From: a virus
Reading direction: 5' to 3' (one strand)
DNA length: 46,454 bases
IMG/VR virus record: IMGVR_UViG_3300027852_000059
Coordinates: 1 to 46,454 of that record
Under the pieces are notes generated by a model that ran no database searches, was not told the origin of the DNA, and saw only the letters and a program-made list of their open reading frames with translations. Below, piece after piece: positions 1 to 7,133 of this stretch (position 1 is the first letter of the stretch; each line of letters begins with the position of its first letter). A program made the translations under genes and the position numbers.

Positions 1-127
1 CAATATTTAATTTTAAACATTAAATCAATGCTTATTTGTTTTGTAGGGCGCGATGTGCAATTTGAGTGCCTATCTAAATCAATGCCGCGATGAATAAATT
101 TTACAGCCGATACCTACGCTAAGAGCG
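1..127. repeat. Terminal overlap copy 1 (identical to 46328..46454)
   Basis: Read directly: the same 127-nt string, caatatttaattttaaacat...ctacgctaagagcg, is at both ends. Confidence 0.9.
21..85 (+). repeat. Two direct copies of the 11-bp TAAATCAATGC (21-31 and 75-85), 54 bp apart, in an AT-rich non-coding stretch
   Basis: Seen in sequence. They lie in the non-coding region downstream of the repA-like gene, counting across the circle junction. Confidence 0.6.
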
Positions 128-186
128 CACCGCTCCGAGACTCGTTCCACTCGTTTCTCGCTTATATTTGTCTTCGACAAATGGAA

Positions 187-259
187 TTAATGCAATTCAT
201 AGTTAAAAGCAGACATATCGCATATTAATGTAAGACATTACTTATATTTTTAATGCAAT
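187..259 (+). repeat. Direct copies of TTAATGCAAT (187-196, 250-259) plus the variant TTAATGTAA (225-233)
   Basis: Seen in sequence, in the non-coding region just upstream of the 304..579 ORF. Confidence 0.5.
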
Positions 260-303
260 ATTGGGTGTATTTTATCATTCATAAATAAAAAGGAGTTTTT
301 AAC

Positions 304-579
304 GTGAGCCGAGTAGAACAAATAAGAGCCGAACTTGAATCTAACAATGAAATGTTGCGGGTTATTTCTGAATTAATAACCGAAAAATTACTAACACATA
401 AAAATATGTCAAATTCATTGATCGAGGCACAAGGTAATTTTATTTCTTTATATGCTAATAAAGCCGCTATTTTAGAATCACAGTTATTTATGCACTTAGA
501 TAATGAAAATACATCTAAAGTCGTAGGTATTGGTGAAGAACTAAATAAAAATAGGAAAAATAATATTATCGCCCGTTAA
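304..579 (+). CDS. Hypothetical protein, 91 aa, helical/coiled-coil-like
   Basis: GTG start preceded by AAAAGGAG at 290-297. No family recognised. Confidence 0.5.
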   Translation: MSRVEQIRAELESNNEMLRVISELITEKLLTHKNMSNSLIEAQGNFISLYANKAAILESQLFMHLDNENTSKVVGIGEELNKNRKNNIIAR

Positions 580-613
580 AGATGGTATTTAAACAAACGG
601 GCACTTTTTATAA

Positions 614-632
614 AGTGGTCAAATTGACCACT
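614..632. repeat. Perfect 19-bp palindrome AGTGGTCAA-A-TTGACCACT
   Basis: Seen in sequence between the convergent ORFs 304..579(+) and 771..965(-). There is no flanking T-run. Confidence 0.6.
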
Positions 633-770
633 ATTAAAGTATTGTAAATATCCCTTATTGTTAGGTGTTAACTTAGAATTATGCGCGCTTAAGGTGCGTA
701 TGTTTTTTAGTTGGAAATCCAATAAGCAGATAAGCCCTATTATGTTAAATAGAGCTTATTTATCTACTTT

Positions 771-965
771 TTATATTTTTTCCCAATGAGTTACAGAACT
801 TGTCGGCGATGTTGAATTTACAAACCATACATTTTTATTAGATTTGTCCCATCCTGTGTCTTTAACAAAAGTCATAACTTTTCCATCAGGGTAGTAAGCA
901 GACTTAGTTCTATATTGACCATCGTATTTTGGTAATTGTTTATCTACACTAATATAGTTACCCAT
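771..965 (-). CDS. Small phage protein, possibly DUF551-like
   Basis: 64 aa. The C-terminal ...SVTHWEKI resembles the conserved VTHW C-terminus of DUF551 phage proteins. Last gene of the minus-strand block. Confidence 0.45.
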   Translation of the reverse strand: MGNYISVDKQLPKYDGQYRTKSAYYPDGKVMTFVKDTGWDKSNKNVWFVNSTSPTSSVTHWEKI

Positions 966-983
966 ATCTATATTCCCACTTTG

Positions 984-1292
984 TCATTTTATTGCTCCTG
1001 TTGCTCTAATTCGTGTATGAATTTTCCGTTTACCTGGTGGCTGTGCAGGTGCCATTAAGCCTTTTTTTCTTAATTCCCAGGCTTTGGCCATTACAGTGTG
1101 TATTGTACGGCCTATTGCAAAACTCACTTCCTCCGGGCCAATAGATTCGTAGTTTTCAATAAGAAACTTTTGATCGCTCATTAGCCAATTTTTTTTATGG
1201 TTTGGGTGATAATCGGGGTTGTATTGCATACGGCCCCATTTATCAAAAGTAATTTCATGGTTATTTTCTGTATCTTTATTAGAGTTACTCAT
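984..1292 (-). CDS. Hypothetical protein, possible HTH DNA-binding
   Basis: 102 aa. The segment W..D..L...Y...G.EEVS.AIGRT..TV..KA.ELRKKG looks like a Myb/HTH-type motif. ATGA overlap with the upstream ORF. Confidence 0.5.
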   Translation of the reverse strand: MSNSNKDTENNHEITFDKWGRMQYNPDYHPNHKKNWLMSDQKFLIENYESIGPEEVSFAIGRTIHTVMAKAWELRKKGLMAPAQPPGKRKIHTRIRATGAIK

Positions 1293-1531
1293 GCGGATTG
1301 CCTCAATTGATATTCAACATATAAATCCTGGTATGCATCAATGTGACCGCAAGGATTAACCCAGGCGTCAACATAATAGTGTTGCTTGCCTATATTCAAT
1401 GGCGCTTTGAAAGTTCCCCCTCGTTGGCCATGACATACCGGGCAGTGATCTGAAATGGTGATTGTTTTTTCTGATAAAACCGAACTGGTATCGTTAATAA
1501 GCGGATCTTGAAGTAAAATAGTTACGTCCAT
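1289..1531 (-). CDS. Hypothetical protein with CxxC...CGH motif (possible Zn binding)
   Basis: 80 aa. Contains HCPVCHG and NPCGH. Translationally coupled (ATGA) to the next gene. Confidence 0.5.
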   Translation of the reverse strand: MDVTILLQDPLINDTSSVLSEKTITISDHCPVCHGQRGGTFKAPLNIGKQHYYVDAWVNPCGHIDAYQDLYVEYQLRQSA

Positions 1532-1562
1532 AATATACCGGCCCCTATTGGGGCCGCTCCCA

Positions 1563-1745
1563 TTAGATTAATTGAAAGTCTCGATTTTCAACTAACAAAC
1601 GGGTTACACCGTTCTTTAGTTCTTTGATCACTAACTTACCTCGATATTTATCTAGGCAAGCAGCATTTGTAGCTGCAGTAAATAGTTTTACGCCCTGTTC
1701 GGCGGCTTGTTGTATTGGAATAGTCAGCATATTTGCTTTCTCCAT
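1563..1745 (-). CDS. Hypothetical protein, 60 aa
   Basis: ORF in the operon orientation. No motif recognised. Confidence 0.4.
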   Translation of the reverse strand: MEKANMLTIPIQQAAEQGVKLFTAATNAACLDKYRGKLVIKELKNGVTRLLVENRDFQLI

Positions 1746-1859
1746 AGTTACGTTTTACTATTCCGGTCGACCTCATGGGTAAGACCGGGGCCATTCCTTT
1801 AGTGTGTTATTAGCTTGGTAGGCGGCACACTAAGGGAAACTTTTAAACCTGATACCAGG
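1746..1859 (-). other. Structured, GC-richer 114-nt spacer inside the minus-strand operon, with three consecutive hairpins
   Basis: Plus-strand reading gives CCGGTC..GACCGG with a nested ACC/GGT pair, TTAGTGTG(N21)CACACTAA, and ACCTG-ATAC-CAGGT adjacent to the stop of 1860..2123. Confidence 0.4.
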
Positions 1860-2123
1860 TTAAAATTCTTCTTTAATTACTTTCATTACCTTTTTTGCAA
1901 TAGTCGCATCACTACTCGATAAGTAAATCAGCGCCTTAAGGACGTTGGTTGAGTTAACTTTTTTACCCATTGTCTCGTTATGTTCTTCTACCTTTTCAAC
2001 CGCCAGAGTTAATCTAGCGCGGTCTGACTTGCGTAATCGACGTGTTAGCATCCAATCAGAGTCTTTTTCTACTGCAGATGTAGGTAACTCGGTTGTCGTT
2101 GTTGTGAATTTTTTCTTAGCCAT
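1860..2123 (-). CDS. Hypothetical basic protein, possible small DNA-binding (ParG/RHH-like) protein
   Basis: 87 aa. Basic N-terminus MAKKKF, then ..RLRKSDRARLTLAVEKV... Lies downstream of parA in the same operon. Confidence 0.45.
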   Translation of the reverse strand: MAKKKFTTTTTELPTSAVEKDSDWMLTRRLRKSDRARLTLAVEKVEEHNETMGKKVNSTNVLKALIYLSSSDATIAKKVMKVIKEEF

Positions 2124-2138
2124 ATTGATACCTTATTG

Positions 2139-2291
2139 TTAATCTTGTTCATCGTTAAAAATTGGGATGGTAATTATTGTCTCGCCGTCTGTCAGTTGTT
2201 TAGATATAAACTCAATGAATGCTAAAGCCTCGCTTTTATCTAATTCAATTTCACCTATATGTTCATCGTCATTAACGGCGTTAAATTTCAT
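2139..2291 (-). CDS. Small acidic hypothetical protein, 50 aa (not in the ORF track)
   Basis: My translation is MKFNAVNDDEHIGEIELDKSEALAFIEFISKQLTDGETIITIPIFNDEQD. It starts 3 nt after the stop of 2294..2488 and fills an otherwise empty gap. Confidence 0.4.
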   Translation of the reverse strand: MKFNAVNDDEHIGEIELDKSEALAFIEFISKQLTDGETIITIPIFNDEQD

Positions 2292-2293
2292 AC

Positions 2294-2488
2294 CTATTCC
2301 AACTCTGAAAATAATTTTTCAACTATAAAGCGTCCCGTGTCTACACCGTCCACGCGACCATTATGATAATCCAATACAGCCTCATTATTCGGTGCAATAG
2401 CCCGGTCTTCTTTTTCTTGCTCCATACGTTCATCAAACGCATTCATTAAACTAGCCAGTAGTTTTACTTTATCCACGTTAATCTCCAC
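2294..2488 (-). CDS. Hypothetical protein immediately downstream of parA (candidate partition partner)
   Basis: 64 aa. The start overlaps the parA 3' end by 11 nt. The protein is acidic and no DNA-binding motif was recognised. Confidence 0.45.
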   Translation of the reverse strand: MEINVDKVKLLASLMNAFDERMEQEKEDRAIAPNNEAVLDYHNGRVDGVDTGRFIVEKLFSELE

Positions 2489-3290
2489 TTTCTATTTTTT
2501 CTAACAGTTCTTTTGCAAGGTCGCTAAGATCATTCATAACAGGATGGCCAGAATCAAACGCATGGATTAACCCTCTGCCCTTTTCCGTTACTTTCCTAAA
2601 GGACTCTCGTTCCCGGATGCAAGTGTTTAATACCAGGTCGTCGTATGCATCCCGGCCTATTGGTTTTTGGTCAAATAAAAACTCATTTAGTTTTGAATTC
2701 CCCTGGGCTTTCGGCTTTATCATGTTCCGTAAAATGAACAGTTCAAAACCATCTTCTTTAACTGGATTGATAGCATCAATTGTTGTTTGTATTCCATGCC
2801 AGGTCTTTTTATCCGTTGTGACCGGACATATAAAAACGTCGGCATATTCCGCGACATTATGTAACAAAGTGCCAGTTTGAGGCGGGCAGTCAATGACCAC
2901 CACATCAAACAAGTGTTCCACTTTCTTTAATGCTTTGGCTAATTTCCTTTCGCGTTTGGCATGACCTTGTATGGCCTGTTCAACGGTGGACAGTCGACGT
3001 GATGACGGGAAAAACTTTAAGTTATCTATTATGTTTCCGTTCTCGATATACGTTAAGAAGTTATCGCTAATATCAATAGATTTGTTTATTTCTAATTCAA
3101 GAACGTTGGCAATCGTTACCGGATAGTCTCTATCGTTATCAGATTGAGCTAAATCATTTGTTGCGTTGCATTGCGGGTCCATATCGACAAGTAATACGCG
3201 CAGTCGTTTAGCAAATTCCCGCGCTACATGTGTAGCTACAGTGGTTTTGCCTACCCCGCCTTTGTTATTTGTTACGCCAATTCTGAGCAT
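2478..3290 (-). CDS. parA: ParA/Soj-family partition ATPase (type Ib-like, no N-terminal HTH)
   Basis: Deviant Walker A NNKGGVGKTT near the N-terminus, plus LVDMDPQ and VVVIDCPP motifs. 270 aa. Confidence 0.9.
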   Translation of the reverse strand: MLRIGVTNNKGGVGKTTVATHVAREFAKRLRVLLVDMDPQCNATNDLAQSDNDRDYPVTIANVLELEINKSIDISDNFLTYIENGNIIDNLKFFPSSRRLSTVEQAIQGHAKRERKLAKALKKVEHLFDVVVIDCPPQTGTLLHNVAEYADVFICPVTTDKKTWHGIQTTIDAINPVKEDGFELFILRNMIKPKAQGNSKLNEFLFDQKPIGRDAYDDLVLNTCIRERESFRKVTEKGRGLIHAFDSGHPVMNDLSDLAKELLEKIESGD

Positions 3291-3339
3291 AAATCCCCCA
3301 AGATTATTAAGAACTCGAATGTAAAGTAGTTCAAAATCA

Positions 3340-3556
3340 CAATAAAAGCAAATACAAATGCACTTGCAAAAGAAATTATTTTTATATTTACGTTAGTATT
3401 ATCATTTGTAAGTTCTTTTGTATTTACGTTGGTATTATCATTAGTAAGTTCTTTTGTATTTACGTATGTATTTACATTTGAATGTTTGTTTGAATTTGCA
3501 TTTGAAATAACATTTGTATTTATTTTTGTAATTGTATTTGTAAGTACATTGTATGA
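3340..3556. promoter_or_regulatory. Centromere-like (parC/parS-type) repeat array and probable parA promoter region
   Basis: Dense TGTATTTAC / CATTTGTA / TTTGTATTTG motifs in direct orientation, with an inverted copy GCAAATACAAATGC near 3350. It lies directly upstream of parA. Confidence 0.5.
3385..3456. repeat. Two tandem 36-bp units (2 mismatches), followed by a partial third unit
   Basis: Unit 1 is tatttacgttagtattatcatttgtaagttcttttg and unit 2 is tatttacgttggtattatcattagtaagttcttttg. Confidence 0.85.
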
Positions 3557-3592
3557 GTGTTAGTGAAATTTTAGAATTGAAAAAGCTAAAAA

Positions 3593-3614
3593 TCTAACAT
3601 GCTTGCGCTAGTGT
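3593..3614 (+). repeat. 22-bp motif TCTAACATGCTTGCGCTAGTGT, copy 1 (exact repeat of 30083..30104)
   Basis: Exact match read directly. It ends 51 nt upstream of the recombinase ATG. Confidence 0.9.
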
Positions 3615-3664
3615 TTTGACTGTGTAATTTTTCTGTTGCTTTTGCATTCTGACTTGGGGGGACG

Positions 3665-4912
3665 ATGAAAGGCACAACTACCACAATGAGTATTAGCGTT
3701 CGTTCTATATCTGAGGCGGCGCAAGAACCCACAATTGCACGTTTACGTGATACCAAAGAGCCTCGCTTGTATTTCGGCTTTGCGAGGGGGGACCGTTCGG
3801 CCGGCTCCTGGATGCTTGTTTACTATGATAAAAAAATCAAACAACGTGTATGGTCCTCATTCGCTAAATACCCTGATTTATCCCCGGCGCAAGCAAAGGC
3901 GACGGTTAAAAGACTATGGCTAGATATAGCAGCTAAAGAGTCTAGGGAGGTGATCGCCGCTAAAGCTAAATCAGGGGAGCTTGTTTTAGTGTCAGACTTA
4001 TTGACCTGGTTTGAAACCAATCAATCTACGTTAACTGACTTGTCATCAAGTCGAAAACGGGCCATTAAAAGCGCCATTCATAATCACCTAATACCTGGTT
4101 TTACTAATTATGAAATAACTGAACTCGATACGATGGCCCTTGAGCGAGTGTTTGCAGGGTTGAAAGCAAAAGGGTTAAAACTATCTACGTTACGCGCTTA
4201 CTTTGGAGTGTTGCAAAAGGCATTAGCCAAAGCCTCAATATTAAAATTAATCAAATCAAATCCTGTTTATGAGATCACCGCCGCAAAGTTGTTAGAGGGT
4301 GTCAGCCAAGAAAAAAAATGTAATTTAGACCCGGTACAAATCGAACCGTTATTTAGGCGTTTGCACTTAACGAAGTTGGAAACATGGGGGCTAATTTCCT
4401 TGCAATTTTTATTACTGAGTCGTGTTGATGAAATTGCGAGCGCTAAATGGCGTCACATAGACATGGAATCAATGATATGGACCTTGTACGACACAAAGAA
4501 TGGCAGTAACCATAAGGTGTTTATTAATTGGGTTGTGGTCGAGGTCTTATCAAAGTTAAAAGCGGAACAACGAGCCAAAGGCATAAGAACAGACTTTATA
4601 TTCCCCAATAACAAAAATCGTAGTCGATGCCTGGGCGGTGATGCTGCAGGTAAACGAGTTATACGTTTTTCTAAATCAAAATGGTCGAGCCACGATTTGA
4701 GAAAATATGGCCGTAACTGGTTAACAAATAACAAAATAGACCACGCTATCGGCGAGTACCTGGTCAATCATAAATTAAGTAAAACTGAACGGGCCTACAT
4801 AAGTAGTGTTGGCCGTGATTCAGCGTATTCAGCTTGGTTAAAGTGGGCTGAACATTTACATGAAAAAGGATTGCTTTCGAGACTTAAAAAGTACGAGACA
4901 GGTAAGAGATAG
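3665..4912 (+). CDS. int: Tyrosine recombinase / phage integrase family protein
   Basis: C-terminal catalytic pattern: R in LLSRVDE, HxxR in SSHDLRKYGRN, H in LVNH, Y in ERAYIS. GGGGGG RBS upstream. Confidence 0.8.
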   Translation: MKGTTTTMSISVRSISEAAQEPTIARLRDTKEPRLYFGFARGDRSAGSWMLVYYDKKIKQRVWSSFAKYPDLSPAQAKATVKRLWLDIAAKESREVIAAKAKSGELVLVSDLLTWFETNQSTLTDLSSSRKRAIKSAIHNHLIPGFTNYEITELDTMALERVFAGLKAKGLKLSTLRAYFGVLQKALAKASILKLIKSNPVYEITAAKLLEGVSQEKKCNLDPVQIEPLFRRLHLTKLETWGLISLQFLLLSRVDEIASAKWRHIDMESMIWTLYDTKNGSNHKVFINWVVVEVLSKLKAEQRAKGIRTDFIFPNNKNRSRCLGGDAAGKRVIRFSKSKWSSHDLRKYGRNWLTNNKIDHAIGEYLVNHKLSKTERAYISSVGRDSAYSAWLKWAEHLHEKGLLSRLKKYETGKR

Positions 4913-5290
4913 ATACGACATGCAAACCAGTTGAAAAGGTAGCCTTGTAGCACTCTAGGGAGTTACTAGGTCTGTTTTATAAGAAGAAACACCCGAAAGG
5001 ACAACTAACCAATGAAAAAAGCAGTGCAAAGCCCTTTGGGCGAAAGATTAACGAGAAAGAGAAATCTGACAGCCAAACATATAAAAAACGGCTTGATCGC
5101 AATCTCGCAAAAAAAACAGCCGTTTTCTGTTTGGAATTAACCACCAAAATAAAAATAAGCGACCGCCGCGAAAGTGGCTATTTGTAAGGTGTTCAGAGTG
5201 CATTAGCAAACTAACCATTGTGATTAATGCGAGAAACGGCAATTAGGGAACTCAAAACGGAACGCAACGCAACCGGGCGGTTTTTGGGTT

Positions 5291-5329
5291 GGTCCTGGTG
5301 TTTTGTTACCGGAGTACTTCACCAGGACC
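5291..5329 (+). other. Perfect 10-bp stem hairpin GGTCCTGGTG-N19-CACCAGGACC in a 463-bp non-coding region
   Basis: Seen in sequence 47 nt upstream of the first early gene. It is not followed by a T-run. Confidence 0.5.
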
Positions 5330-5375
5330 TCAAATTTGAGCGACAAATGAGTTTAGGAAAAAAATAGGAATTGTT

Positions 5376-5777
5376 ATGGCAACAATAATAGCAAGTAAAG
5401 ACGGTAAGCGAATAAGAGTTAACCGGGCAGTTATCGAGATTGGTAAACGTTATAAAGATTTAACCGTCCTTAATATCGTTGAAGTGGAAAAAGGTCGCCA
5501 TAACGGCTTTGTATTCTTCAATTGTGAATGCGTATGCGGCGTTATTAAAGAAATAAGAAGTGATCTTATTGGTCGTACTGTTAGTTGCGGTTGTGCCAGG
5601 GCCAAGCATAGAAAATCATACTCAAAAGAGTCGTATCAACTCATGGAAGATAAAAAACTGACTGCAGATAAAACGATAGAAAAACCTAAACCTGGATATT
5701 CCCCGTCCAGATATTTAGAAATAGAGTCTAAGCGTGAACAGTTACGCCTAGAACGTGAGAATGATTTAGATTATTAG
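5376..5777 (+). CDS. Cys-rich (C.C.CG...SCGC) zinc-finger-like protein, paralog of 13229..13561
   Basis: Shares IG.RY..LTVL, C.C.CG....E.R..L......CGC and the C-terminal KPKP.Y.PS...IE....L..ERE with the 13229 ORF. Confidence 0.6.
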   Translation: MATIIASKDGKRIRVNRAVIEIGKRYKDLTVLNIVEVEKGRHNGFVFFNCECVCGVIKEIRSDLIGRTVSCGCARAKHRKSYSKESYQLMEDKKLTADKTIEKPKPGYSPSRYLEIESKREQLRLERENDLDY

Positions 5778-5785
5778 AGGTCAAC

Positions 5786-6634
5786 ATGAGTAAACATATT
5801 GTTATATATCATAAGGCTTGTGCCGATGGTTTTGGAGCTGCTCTTGCAGTTAAGGTTTACCTGGATGAATTACAACGTTCACAACCTAATGAGAAAGGGT
5901 TAGAGGTTGAATTTATACCGGCACAATACGGTGATGCACCGCCGGCAGTTGGTGACGCTCATGTACACATTGTTGACTTTAGTTATCCTCGCGATGTTCT
6001 TATTAAATTAAAGAGCGCTGCGAGTAGTTTAGTTGTGTTGGACCACCACAAAACAGCCAGGGTTAATCTAGTTGGTTTACCTTATTGTTATTTTGATATG
6101 GAAAAGTCAGGCGCGATGATGGCTTGGCTTTATTACAACAAGAATAAGCCGGTACCTAAACTAATCCAATACATACAAGACCGTGATTTATGGCAATGGA
6201 AATTACCTTATAGTCGTGAAATATCAACGGGCCTTAAAACATTGCCCTTTAATTTTGATACATGGACCACGTATTTAGATGATGAACTCATTAATGATTT
6301 GTATTGGCGAGGTGAGCCAATTTACAAGCAACAACAAACAGAAGTGTATCGAATAGCGCAAAAGGCTAACTTTACAATCGTGTCCGGTCACACCGTACCA
6401 AGTGTTAACACCGCAACATTGATAAGTGAAGTGGGCGAAAAGTTATGTGTGGGCCATCCATTCTCGTTAACGTATTTCCTCGATGGTAATAGCTGTATTT
6501 GTTCTTTGCGTTCTAATCAATCGACGGGAATAGACGTGTCTGAAATTGCCAAAAAGTTCGGCGGAGGTGGTCATCGTAATGCCGCCGGTTTTACGCTTAA
6601 CGTTGGCAATATGTTTCATTCAATAGCTAGGTAA
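5786..6634 (+). CDS. DHH/DHHA1-family phosphoesterase (NrnA/RecJ-like fold)
   Basis: HKACADGFGAA (motif I), VVLDHHKT (DHH motif) and the C-terminal FGGGGHRNAAGF (DHHA1 GGGH motif). Confidence 0.75.
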   Translation: MSKHIVIYHKACADGFGAALAVKVYLDELQRSQPNEKGLEVEFIPAQYGDAPPAVGDAHVHIVDFSYPRDVLIKLKSAASSLVVLDHHKTARVNLVGLPYCYFDMEKSGAMMAWLYYNKNKPVPKLIQYIQDRDLWQWKLPYSREISTGLKTLPFNFDTWTTYLDDELINDLYWRGEPIYKQQQTEVYRIAQKANFTIVSGHTVPSVNTATLISEVGEKLCVGHPFSLTYFLDGNSCICSLRSNQSTGIDVSEIAKKFGGGGHRNAAGFTLNVGNMFHSIAR

Positions 6635-6652
6635 TAGAGAGTTAAGAGTTCT

Positions 6653-6874
6653 ATGAAATCGCCGGCTATCCTGACAAACAAGATTAGTGTGCCATTAAAT
6701 GACGTTGTGAAAGGTCACTCTTTTATTTATCGCAACACTGAGTATCGAATTAAAAAGCGGTATGTCATTTGGTCATTAATAGTGACGGTTGAGTATGGCC
6801 GTATTGAGTGCGTCAAGTCAGATGTTGAAGTAATGGTCGAGCCAAAAGGTTTTAAAAGGTACTGCAATGAGTGA
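6653..6874 (+). CDS. Hypothetical protein, 73 aa
   Basis: ORF in a tightly packed operon. It overlaps the next ORF by 8 nt. Confidence 0.45.
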   Translation: MKSPAILTNKISVPLNDVVKGHSFIYRNTEYRIKKRYVIWSLIVTVEYGRIECVKSDVEVMVEPKGFKRYCNE

Positions 6875-7130
6875 GCGTGAATACACATACGGAACAATTG
6901 ACCCTAATTCTTATCCTGTTTTGCGTAGACCAGGTGAGTATCGTAGAAACAATAAAACCGGTGAGGTTGAGTTCTTATTGTGGCGTCCAGGTGAACAAGG
7001 TCATGTTAATGGTTATTGGCACCGCATGGGTGCCGGATGGAAAGACTACTTTGTACCGGATAAGCGTTTTGGGAATAACCATAGGTGCCAGGTAAGTGAG
7101 TTGGAATATGCAACAAGATTGGAGTTTTAG
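6867..7130 (+). CDS. Hypothetical protein, 87 aa
   Basis: ORF in a tightly packed operon. No motif recognised. Confidence 0.5.
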   Translation: MSEREYTYGTIDPNSYPVLRRPGEYRRNNKTGEVEFLLWRPGEQGHVNGYWHRMGAGWKDYFVPDKRFGNNHRCQVSELEYATRLEF

Positions 7131-7133
7131 GTT

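Noticed and set aside
5048-5242. 64-aa minus-strand ORF in the recombinase/early-operon gap
   Set aside because: It has a TTG start, a hydrophobic low-information sequence, no RBS, and is oriented opposite to all neighbours.
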